Part shown: positions 28,047 to 38,900 of the stretch, piece after piece
How the letters are laid out: each line of letters opens with the position of its first letter
Numbering within the stretch: position 1 is the stretch's first letter
DNA from: Balanoglossus misakiensis
Lineage: Eukaryota; Animalia; Hemichordata
Direction of reading: 5' to 3'
DNA length: 64,000 bases
Assembly (NCBI GenBank): GCA_040954595.2
Contig: CM082578.2
Coordinates: 14,042,304-14,106,303, forward strand
Translations under genes and position numbers: made by a program
Notes under the pieces: model-generated
Databases searched by the model: none
The model's input: the letters and a program-made list of their open reading frames with translations, nothing else
Told to the model about the DNA's origin: nothing

Positions 28047-30554
28047 TTATTTTTGCCAGAATTTTTCCTTTGGTTTTACAGAGACTGAGAATTTGTCAAA
28101 AAGACAGTTTTCAACCTCTTTCTTTAGAGGTATGACTGGGAAAGTGTAAGGATCATAACGTTCCATTGTGAAAATTTTTCCATTCCGCATTGATAGTTTT
28201 TTAGTGTCACTGCCAGTAGGAGGTTCAGGAGAACGAATGGTATGATGATCCACATTTCCAACTTTGCACTGTTTCAGCGAGTCACTACATGTGAGAGATT
28301 TGTAATGGTCCACTACAACATCACAAATTTCTACAGAGTCTTCCTGTTCCACAGACTTGAGAGGGTCGGCATTTTCATCACAACTGTCATCAGTGTCAAG
28401 TCTTAGAGCTTCACAGCTGTCAGTTGACAGTTCGAGTAGGCCCATGATGACACTACTGGTTGAGGATGATTTGTCATTGTGAGGGCTACCACAGTCATTG
28501 GTGCATACAAAGAGTTTGTCAGGGTCGTCGTTTTCATCACAAATGTCCGCGCCATCCGGTTTCAGAGACTCACTGGCAATAGCAGGTCCAGACCTGTCAC
28601 TATTGCCACATCCATAAGATATACACTGCACATTTCCTTGATCAACACATGCCAATCTCTTTGTCAAACTACTGGGACTGCCATTTGTATTTTCCAACGT
28701 GAGGACAGATTCAGATGAATCTAAACCAACTGTATCACATGCACCAGCTTTCTTTTTAGCCCAAGAAAAGTATTCATCAATGAATTTCAATGGCCTTTTC
28801 TTCTGTTGTCCAGTATTTTGACGTATCATCTTGTACTCATCAATTCTTATGACTTTGTGGTGGATTACTTTTCCACCCCAGATTTCAACTCTCTCAATTT
28901 TTCGTTTCTTCCTAACCACTGTCTCATCATCCAACGATTCACTGGAATACGATGCGAAACAGTTGCGCACATCAAAGTTTCTTCTCATGCGTGTCACACT
29001 TGTGTTCTGTTCTGTGTTAATGCTCTCCACTGGTTTGTTGAACTCGGAGAGCTGAACAAATGAATTTGTAAGTTTCCTTTTCCGACAGCTTCCGTCTGGG
29101 ACAAAATCAGATTTACATTCCACATCACGTTGTGTTGGTCGGCCGATTAGCTGAAGAGGTCTAACCTCTCGTTGAGTTAGGCACCCTCTGCCATTAGCAT
29201 CCTCGTGTTTTTCCTTCTGGATCAGTGTGTTATAAACAGCTGCATCATCATCATTATCATCAACATCATCACCTTCATCATCATCATGAATATCACCACC
29301 ACCACCACCATCAACCCCACAACTACCATCAAGCTTTCTTCCTCCAAGAATTCTCTCTGTACACAAACTCTTCACTGGTGAGTTTAAATACACCACGCCC
29401 ATTTCAGTTGACTTTCTCGTTGACAGCAGTCTCCTCCTCTTCCTTACCCTGGTGATTTTCTTTGCAAATTCACTTTCCTGTGGAAAATCTTCCCTGTCTG
29501 CAGGCAGCCGACCCATGTATTTTCTGACCGAATCTGGAATCTTGCACTGGTGGACTGGGCTCGGGTCCAGGTACTGCTGGAACCTGCCCATATCTTCATG
29601 GTCGTACAGGCTGGCACCAAAGGCGCCGAATGACTTTCCGCGCACAATGGGAACGATGGTCCTAGGTTTCACTCTTGAAACAAACTGACAGAGTTCTGTA
29701 AACGAAGAATGATCCGAGTACGGAACATTGTAGACGTTGGGCTGACTGGCAAAGGGCTCACCGCTCAGCCCTGTGTACAACGCAGTGGGAAGTACGGCAA
29801 TGGTTGGTTCGTGTCTATTCAGTATTTCCATGTTCTTCTTGTTGATCTTGTGCTGAGACGTGACTTGTATCCTTCCGTCTGCGCAGTTTGTGGAGAAAAT
29901 ATCTGGCATCTCAAGCAATTCCAGAGATTTGTACCTATCGGAAGACACAATGATCCACTCCTTCAGAGTTGTGCCAATGTCAACCAGTAGATCTTCCTTC
30001 CCCAACGTATGCATTCCCAGTAACACAGTACTTTCCGGGTGACTCCGAATGATTTCTATGATGTTGGCTGTACACTCCTCTTTACTTGGAAAGACACACT
30101 TGGGATTGTTGTAGGTATTGTCCAAGTACAGGACGTCTACGGCCTGGGGATTGCTCAGGGGAGTGTCCACAAACATCTCTGGACTGTATCGGAAATCTCC
30201 TGTGTACAAAATCTTGCCAAAGTAGCCTTCGAAAAAGTACATGACCGCGCCAGGGCAGTGATTGGCATCAATGGGCGTCACACACATGGTTTCTTGGCCA
30301 AGTTCATCTAAGTGAATCACGTGAGAGACTCCAACGTCAAGTGCCCTCACCAGAGACTTATTGATATTGAACTTGGCACAGAGGAGTTTGGCTGAGACTT
30401 CTGAACAATAGATTGCGTTCTTCCAACTGGATGAAAGGCCTGAGGTGTGATCTGCATGCATGTGGGTCAGGAAAAAGAGCTTGGTCTGCTGACAGTTTCT
30501 GGTTTTCCAATAATCCACAGCTATTGGAGTGTCTGGAATTAAACAGCCATTCAT
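28047..30554 (-). CDS. DCLRE1B: 5' exonuclease Apollo / SNM1B (metallo-beta-lactamase + beta-CASP), 835 aa, single coding exon
   Basis: Starts MNGCLIPDTPIAVDYW, like recalled Apollo MNGVLIPHTPIAVDFW. Motifs THMHADH, ANHCPGA, YTGDFRY, LYLDNTY and PYSDHSS are present. The ORF track's first 11 codons are the polypyrimidine/acceptor region (exon boundary 30563), so the true start is 30554. Poly(A) signal near 27782-27787. Confidence 0.95.
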   Translation of the reverse strand: MNGCLIPDTPIAVDYWKTRNCQQTKLFFLTHMHADHTSGLSSSWKNAIYCSEVSAKLLCAKFNINKSLVRALDVGVSHVIHLDELGQETMCVTPIDANHCPGAVMYFFEGYFGKILYTGDFRYSPEMFVDTPLSNPQAVDVLYLDNTYNNPKCVFPSKEECTANIIEIIRSHPESTVLLGMHTLGKEDLLVDIGTTLKEWIIVSSDRYKSLELLEMPDIFSTNCADGRIQVTSQHKINKKNMEILNRHEPTIAVLPTALYTGLSGEPFASQPNVYNVPYSDHSSFTELCQFVSRVKPRTIVPIVRGKSFGAFGASLYDHEDMGRFQQYLDPSPVHQCKIPDSVRKYMGRLPADREDFPQESEFAKKITRVRKRRRLLSTRKSTEMGVVYLNSPVKSLCTERILGGRKLDGSCGVDGGGGGDIHDDDEGDDVDDNDDDAAVYNTLIQKEKHEDANGRGCLTQREVRPLQLIGRPTQRDVECKSDFVPDGSCRKRKLTNSFVQLSEFNKPVESINTEQNTSVTRMRRNFDVRNCFASYSSESLDDETVVRKKRKIERVEIWGGKVIHHKVIRIDEYKMIRQNTGQQKKRPLKFIDEYFSWAKKKAGACDTVGLDSSESVLTLENTNGSPSSLTKRLACVDQGNVQCISYGCGNSDRSGPAIASESLKPDGADICDENDDPDKLFVCTNDCGSPHNDKSSSTSSVIMGLLELSTDSCEALRLDTDDSCDENADPLKSVEQEDSVEICDVVVDHYKSLTCSDSLKQCKVGNVDHHTIRSPEPPTGSDTKKLSMRNGKIFTMERYDPYTFPVIPLKKEVENCLFDKFSVSVKPKEKFWQK

Positions 30555-31149
30555 GATGAGAACCTGAAAAGCGGAAAAAAAAAACATGTTTTTTTAATGA
30601 GAAAACGGGATATGATTTTAACTTGCTTCTGTGCAAAATATTATAAACTACAAGAGTACATGTAGGTAATAGTCTGTGTGCGTGTATTTAGCCAATATAG
30701 AGCAAGTAAACTTTGGCAGTTATTATCTCCAGGAAGTAAACCTAATGAAAGAACCTACTGCATCTTACAAAAGAACAAAGACCATTAAAACCTACATATT
30801 TTGCATATTAGTATACATACAAATGTACAATAATAAATATTCTTCGAATGACCGTTTGGTGGCGCACTGTTTTTCTACCCTGCGAAAATCTGTGATTCAA
30901 TTGGCCAGGTCTCAACTTTCCATGGTAACTGTTACTAAATTTGCATAGGTGACCGTATAACTTTAAGATACGAGACAAAAAAATGTTTGGAGAGGATTGG
31001 CTCACAACTGCCGTTGAGGAAACCTAACGAGGAGATGGTTACATGTATTAGGTCCCAGTCAACCCTGTGGGTGTACAGACCGATAGATGACAAATGTGTA
31101 CATCTGTACATAGCACAGAATCGCGATGCTTAGTATATGCACTACATAC

Positions 31150-31410
31150 CTTTCATAGACCACCAGCACGTTTTTACAAACATCACCGTATTGACAATAC
31201 CGAAATTATTAGGACATCACACAACATACACCAGTGTCCATGTCCACTGCCTGAACGAAATTCCCGCGAACGTTTTACCCACAATTCCGTGTGCCCGGGC
31301 ATGCTCAGATGAGTCTTTGCAAATGGCTGCGCGCACGTAAAACGAGTGCAGAGGTGTGCCTGGTAACAAGTAAGGGGAATATCGGGATTTTGTCTGCTTT
31401 GTGAAGGAAG
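31150..31410. promoter_or_regulatory. Probable bidirectional promoter for DCLRE1B and MRPS33
   Basis: CpG-rich stretch between divergent genes, both of which have an acceptor just before their ATG. Minus-strand donor GAAAG|gtatgt at 31150/31149. Plus-strand donor candidates at 31370 (gtaagg) and 31411 (gtatgg). E2F-like TTCCCGCG at 31261-31268. Confidence 0.55.
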
Positions 31411-31713
31411 GTATGGGGCACACAAGGAAACGGGGTGGTCCGAAAGCCATGCGATACCACGTGAATTAATAAGTTTGGGTTGATCAGATCAGATTGACAT
31501 GACGATCGACAACACCGGTCCTCCGGCCATACAATTACACCTTACAAGCCACAACTTCACTAGCATACGTACTAGATCTGGCGATCGACCTAGTAGTGAA
31601 CTTCGTACAAGCATGGATGTACTATGGTAGTAGTCAACGTAAAGAAATGCGATTTTTCAGCTCTATCGAATTCTTAACCATGTGTGGCATTCATTTGACT
31701 TTCCAGATAGATA

Positions 31714-32247
31714 ATGGCATCAAACTATGCAAAAAGAATTGCTCGTCTGAGTGCCCGAATATTTGGCGAAGTAGTGAGACCAACCAACGAACAGTCCATG
31801 AAAGTGGTCAAGTTATTCAGTGAAAAACCAATTGAACAGAGACCGGAAATTGTCAAGTACTACCCACCCCATCCACAGATCCATTCATTAATGAAGAGAC
31901 TTCGACACATAGGACTCTACAGGTAAATCTTCAGTTACACATGTATTATTCAAGTGTTGTGATTTGATTTGTTTTGTTAATTTGTTTTCTGTTACCTCAG
32001 TCACATATGCGAGTACATATACTGGTATCAGCTGATCAACTGATGCCTGTTAGGAAAAATTCAACAAATATGTACATCCATCAAATACCTACCACTAACT
32101 GATCACTAACACGCAAAAACCCTTTCCTATGTTTTTTTCAGGGACGAACATGCTGATTTCAAAGATGAAATGCAGAGAGTAAAAAAACTAAGAGGCAAAG
32201 GGAAACCGCCAAAGGGAGAAGGAAAGCGAGCTTTAAAGAGAAAATAA
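31714..32247 (+). CDS. MRPS33: Mitochondrial small ribosomal subunit protein mS33, 104 aa
   Basis: Exons 31714-31922 and 32142-32247 (phase 2) give [24 protein letters not shown]...YYPPHP...[42 protein letters not shown], the characteristic mS33 sequence. AATAAA at 32711. Confidence 0.95.
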
Positions 32248-33180
32248 ACAGTTGGTTGATTAGCATTGGTGCATCAGCTTTTCATAACTTTTTAAGAAGT
32301 GGAATTGTGCCAGCAGATGAAGGTGATCATGGACATACTGGAATGAAATACCTGAATGATGTGTTTGTGTTACACCTTTGATGTGCATTTCACCCAGCAC
32401 GACCACTAGAGACTACCTGGTACTAACAGACTGGTACAAACCTGGTACAAACAGACTTTTTCAGTTTTCTAGTTCTGAAAGTTTGATAAATTCATTGTGC
32501 TGATTATCTGCTCGTTAACATCATGGATTGTTCAGTGAAAATACCAGATGATGGTGATCGTTAGATTAGATATCGATAGAACAATACTAGTATTCCGAAA
32601 CCGGACCATGGATCACGTTTTAATTAGCACTGAACGTTAGAGGGCGCCCTAATACCTACACCAAGTGATGTACATGTACTGCTATGGGTCCGCGTAAGGC
32701 TTCTCACGGAAATAAAACAATGTGTTGAAATAAATCACCAATTATACAATTGTGTGTTTATTAATCTGTTAATTGATTCCTGCCTCTGCTACGTAAGGCA
32801 AAGAAGTGTCGTTTTCCTGTCGAAGTATTTGTCACATGCACACCACATTCGAGTGATCATGACCACAGTACTATAATTATTTTCATGTTTTCGAATAATT
32901 CAAACATGTGTTAAAGGTGAAAAAAACGCGGAATCAACAGGTTTCAGTGTCAATTTAAATGCAAATGTTATGTGTTAATTATTTTCTGGTCCGTCCTCGT
33001 TCTGTCCCTGGCTCGAAATCCTAATAATCGTGTGCGACCCGACCGACAATGTGTTTATGACGTACAATAGATGTTCTATTCCTATTGCGGTTGTAATGTT
33101 GTCACTGGCCAGGTTTGGTTCGGTTTTAACGTTTCCCTGACAGAGTCCACACCGGAATTCCCAGTACATGCAGTACAGTA

Positions 33181-36100
33181 ATGTACCCGTTTCTGTCGTT
33201 GCTACGGAAACAAAGCCGTGATCCGAACGCACCCAGCCGCGGCGCTACCAGCGAATCCGCGCCGGCGGTGGAACCAATCGAACCCGAAGAAGGCGCGGAC
33301 GAGTTCCACTCTGCCGAAGAGAACTTGGACGAACAAGAAGAGTCTTGTTGTCAAGTTGAAAGCCATGCACTAGTGACCAAGGCTTCGTCTTCACTGTTTT
33401 CTTGCACTTCCGAAAGTAGCGACAGGGACTACTCCCCAGATGACATTTGCGGACCCGATTTAGAAAGTCGCTCTTCGAGTGAAAGTGCGGACCACTTCAG
33501 AAGTGATACCAGTGTCTCTTCGACGGCGAGCAGCTGTTTATGGTACGAGGACAAATCAAAGTGTTGCGAAGGAGACGCGGGTAAATATCGAACTATTTCA
33601 GAACCACAGGCATCCGGGAAAGCCACTTATGCCAGAACAACTGACCAGGAATTATTAATATCCGCTGCCGGTGACCAATTTGTCAGCAAGAAATTGTATG
33701 ACAAGATTTTTAACCTCGGGAAATACTTATCTCTGAAAGTTCCTGCAAACATACGAGCAGTCAAAGCATTTCCCATCACTTACATCCGGAAATCAACGAT
33801 GAATCCAGAACCAACCAGATTAGAGGCTAGGCCGTCAGCCACCGCCGTGACAAAGAAATACGAACATGCATGGCACACACTGGACCAACTATACACCTTG
33901 TATAAAAGTGGAAAACTTTCAGATATTGTCATCTGCGTCGACCAAGTCAAGTTTGCGTGCCACAAGGCGATCCTGGCGTCACACAGCGAGTACTTTGAGC
34001 GCATTTTTGCGGATTCCAACTTCCACGATTTGAACCAGGATCAGCTGGTGCTCAACGCCAATGTCACGCCTGCTGCTTTTGAACAGATCATCCATTATAT
34101 CTATACTTCGGAAATTGAAATCACCTATGACACAATTTACGACATTCTTACAACTGCCAGCCTACTGCTCATGAAGAGGCTGGTTAAGACATGCACGGAC
34201 TTCCTCAGAAACTTCGACTTCGACCACTGTCTCTCTGCTTTGTACATCGCCGATCGATGCGGACTCAAAGATATTTACGCAGAGATCTTTAGTTTCGTGG
34301 CGGAGAACTTCTTAGAGGTGGCCGACCTCGAGGAGTTCCGCAGATATCCGCCCGAGAGACTGACCCGCCTGTTGGCCGACGACGATTTGTGTGTCGAGAA
34401 TGAAATGCAGGTTTTCCACGTGGCGCTGAGATGGATAGAAGAGAACGGGGAGTTGGGACACAGATACGCGCCGGCAATCATGCAGCAGATCCGCTTCGGG
34501 CTCATGGCAGCCGAAGAGATTGTCCAGGGCGTCGAATCGGTAGAATTTCTAATGAACATCCCAGACTGCCATATACTTGTGTTGGAAGCGTACAGATACT
34601 TTTCTTTGCGCGCATGTCACAAGGGAACATTACGACCGCATCCAATAAATCCGAGAAGAGGCATGAATAAGGTGAGTCCAATTACATAATCATTATGAGG
34701 TATTCTTCGATGACAGATTTGAGGAAAACACAGGCCGAGTACTTTGATCCCTGCAAGCAAGCTTTTCATTAATGACAGAGAACGTGGGAATCGTGCACAA
34801 GTCAAAAGAAAGAAGTTCTGGGACATAACACCTGCAACTGATGGCCTTATCTTTCTTGTCACGTCTTAGGTGAGAAGTGCCCGTCGAGCAAGCATTGCCA
34901 TTCCAGACGACAGTGTTAGTCACATCAGGAAAATGGGTGTACCGACGCCCTTTGCCATCGCCTCCAAGATGTCATCCAAGGAAGATAACCGCAAGAGCAG
35001 AGAGAAGACGGCCGAACCGGCACCATGGCCTCTCAAAGAGAACCGATCTGCGCCCTCTACCGATAAAGAATATATCCTGTCCACTGGTGGGATCAATAAC
35101 GCTGGGGATGTTGATAACCCTGGCAGAGTGGTAAATCTGTTCGATCCGGTCGCTAACAAATGGTCGAAAATGACCGACATGCCCTACGCTCGTAACCACC
35201 ATGCCGCAAAATTTGCAAACGGATATCTCTACGTCATTGGTGAGTACAGGGGAACCCTGGGTTAGAGCATGGACCGAACTCTGCATTTGAAAAGTGACTT
35301 TCGCGAAATTCCCGCAACTTCACATTTCGCAAGAGAATAATTAAATCAAGTTCCAATCACTTTGGACCAAAACGCGTGTATGTTATGTCTACGTTGAAAG
35401 TTGACTCGCAAAAAAATGGTATCAGAATCATCGATTATACCAACTATGTAGGTTTCATTTGATTCTTTAAAATACATTTCACGACCAGGTGGCTCTGATC
35501 CTAATGCCGAATCGGATAAGTTCATGACCCCCATGTCCACTGTGTGTCGGTATGACGTAGCCAACAAAAAGTGGGAAGAAATGGCCCCTATGAAAACGGG
35601 CCGAATATTCTTCCAAATGGCTGTTCTGTTCGGGCAGTTATACGTGGTTGGCGGTCAGGACGCAAAGGGAAGGTACGTATGCGATTTTATAAATAAGAAT
35701 GTCTCTCGAAGCATTGACAACTTGTCCGTCGACTTGTGCTATTGTATGCCTGAGTGCTATACATTTCATTAGTTGGTATCGTAGGAAGGTATACTAGTAG
35801 ACAGACACGGGCGCTCAACATGTCACTCCGCGAAGCGAAGGTCCTGTGATGCAACTGGAAAATACTGTAAGTGTTGTTTTCGGGATGCATCACCGGGGTT
35901 TCGCGAATGTAGGTATACTAAATTCTAACAGGTTATTAGGCAAAACGTACGGGTTAATTAAAACAGATTCTTTCCATTTCAATGATAGGGTATTATCTTC
36001 CGTGGAACGATACGACTCTGTCACGAATACATGGAGATACGCGGCTTCGCTGAGTTCACCGCGGTACGCAGTCGCAGTGGCGCCTCATCGTGGAATGCTT

Positions 36101-37192
36101 TTCGCCGTTGGTGGTTACTGTGACAACGGCAAAGCACCTGTTGTCGGCACTGTTGAATGCTATGACCCACACAACGATATGTAAGTAGAAAAAAAATCGC
36201 ATTATAAGAATGTTTTATCATCGAACCAGCCAGGAAACATTGTACTACAAACGAAAGAACTTTCCTTAAACATTTCAATTCCGCAATCTCTTAATTATAG
36301 ATGGACTGAAAAGAATCCTCTCCGCTATGCAAGATGTCATGCGTGTATGGCTGATGCGGTTGGAAGACTGTACCTGTTTGGTGGAATGGTGAAGACAGGC
36401 TATTCGGACGAAGACTGCCAAAGTTTACCGAGCGTTGATGTGTACTCCGACGACAGTGATTCGTGGGAGTATGTGACGGATTTATCAGAAGCAAGGCACG
36501 AAGCCAGTGTTTCAGTCATCGGTATGTCAAGGGTATAGATAGACCATCTTTACCAAAGTTCAATCGTGATAACTGTTTTTCTAGGGGGAAAGTTTGACCA
36601 TTCATTGCATTTACTTCCAGGGGGGCGGAGGATTTTCGGGGGGCCCACCCATTTTCTCCAAGAAAAATTAGGGGGGGGGGGGGGGCTGACAAAAATCACA
36701 ATCCTTTATTTAGGGGGGACCATCGAAAAAATCACCAGGAAAATAAAAAATCCTCCGGCCCCATCCTAGAAGTAAATTCTGAACAGTCCCTTAGAATTAA
36801 ATCAGAACTCAACTTCCCATGGCAACCGCGGCTGAATATGCACACAGGACAATACACTACTACAAATGGACGTAAGGGGCGCTGCCCAACATCTACAAAG
36901 CTGTTGGTGACAGGAATTCCAAAGAAACCCGGTGCCAAGACTGATACATGTACACCGAATATACGAGTCAATTTTCATCTCGAGAAATAATTTCTCATAT
37001 TATTATTTGCATTCTATTTCAGGTACGAAAATTTACATCATAGGTGGCATATCGGCGATGGAAAAGCATATCTTATCATCTGTTGAATGTTACGATGCCC
37101 TGGTTGGTCAGTGGCAACTTCCAGCCCCACCCAGCTTACCAAAGCCAGCATTTGGCCACAGCTCTTGTGTCATGGCCATTAAAAAGTCATGA
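33181..37192 (+). CDS. Kelch-like protein (BTB-BACK plus six kelch repeats, scruin-like propeller), up to 875 aa
   Basis: Exons 33181-34671, 34870-35239, 35489-35672, 35989-36180, 36301-36521 and 37023-37192, all GT-AG and in phase (2628 nt). BTB (LSDIVICVDQVKFACHKAILASHSEYF), BACK (LLADDDLCVENEMQVFHVALRW) and six GG...Y/F-D....W kelch repeats. The start codon is uncertain. AATAAA at 37261. Confidence 0.92.
36596..36793. mobile_element. MITE-like non-autonomous element in kelch gene intron 5
   Basis: Imperfect terminal inverted repeats of about 40 bp: left GACCATTCATTGCATTTACTTCCAGGGGGGCGGAGGATTT versus reverse complement of right end GACTGTTCAGAATTTACTTCTAGGATGGGGCCGGAGGATTT. Internal G-runs, no coding capacity. 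Confidence 0.65.
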
Positions 37193-38900
37193 GACCTTTG
37201 TTTTATTTATGAAATGAATTTAGCTGTGTTATGTATATAGTATTTAAATGTCGTTGGAATAATAAAATAAATCATGCTAACACTAAAGAAGTTAGTATCT
37301 CAGATAAATGAAAGTAATTGTTTTTCTGCTTCCCCCAATATTATGTTAGTTAAATAATTGGGACATAATAAACTCACAGTACCTCATCATTATTAAATCA
37401 AGATTTTAATTTCATGAAGAAATAAACCAATGACACCCAAGTTCAAAAAATAGTACATACAAATAATCTTCAAATTTTTAATGCCAGTAAAATTGAGCAG
37501 TTTGAAGTTTCCTATTAAAAACAATGCATAGTACATGTACTTGAAGAAATTTTAAGAATATTGAACAACTTATAAAAAAGGCAGCAAGCAAATATATATT
37601 CAAAGGTACATGTACATATAAAAATTTATTTTAACAATAACAGAAAGGACACTTATGTACATATATTCAAGATGAATATTTGCCATGATGAAGTGTGAAG
37701 TTTTCCATTCAGATATAAATTTTAATTCCAAGAAAGCCAAATTTTTGAGTCACTTTGACATTAAGTAACAAATAGGACTCATATGAAACTGTGTCTGAAA
37801 ATGATTAAAAAGAACTGGCGTAGTGTGACAATGAACGCCGACTTGAAAATGTCTGTTGAATCCATTACAGCATTATGAATACAGCATGGATCTTGTTACA
37901 GAACACATTTATGAGTAAATCTGGTAATGTGACACTGGTAAGATATTTGACGATACATTGGTGTGTGGGGTTAATTTTTTTTGTGCTGTTTCATTGGGTC
38001 TTTGCTTCGATCATCTTACTATCTAGGATAGGATGACTGGAACAGAAGTGAATCACATACGATACCATATACAAAGCCAGTCCCCCCAGAGCAATGAGAA
38101 GTAAAGTGCGTGGCTCAAGGGCACAACACCATGGATATGAAATTACCATCTTCAGGGAGAATATCAGACAGATAAATGCATATCAATGTACGCGTATTGA
38201 AATATGTGAACATGTGTGCATAATTCACCGATGTAAAATAAAAATCAGAATGTTCTGTGTAAAACAGAAGCTGCCTCGAGATTTCCACTCACTAAACTCT
38301 ACCAATAGTCATTAAACAATCTGAAGAAGCTTAATGTAACAAAGTCTACAGAGTATAAGGCCTCTTTCTTTAAATATTATGCTGGCAATGTGACTACTCA
38401 CACACAGGCACAACAATCAAACAATGGTTCTGATGAACACCTATATTTTATTTATCCTTATTTCAGGCCTTTGGTCCATACTGAAGAATAATATCTGTCC
38501 TCTTGGAGGTCACCTAATTTGTTTTTTTTCTCTCAAAGACTGAACTGAAAATATTCAGATCATGTGAGAGACACACACTCCAATATGTCTACCAACATAA
38601 CCTGAATGCATAAATGCTCATACTGTCACATGCAGGCAGCCAAACTTCTTCCAAATGGACAGAGGTACATTTGCCTGCAGTAATGTAGATATGTTTGTGA
38701 TTGGTGGGCAAGACAAGAAAATTACAGCTGGACATAGCACATAGTATTTGAATATAATATACGTTTTTATAGCCAATCACTTGCTGACTTCTGAAGGGCT
38801 TTTTTCGGTGTATCAGTGACCGGCTGTTTGTCTTGTACATCACCATCACTATCATTTCAGCCAGCTTTCTTTCCAACTAGCGTCGTCCTCAGTCTTGCTT

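Noticed and set aside
28479-30311. Plus-strand ORFs, including a His-rich one at 29225
   Set aside because: Antisense shadows of DCLRE1B; the His run mirrors the Asp/Gly tract.
30555-30587. N-terminal MFFFSAFQVLI extension of DCLRE1B
   Set aside because: It is the intron polypyrimidine tract and acceptor plus 5' UTR; homology begins at MNG.
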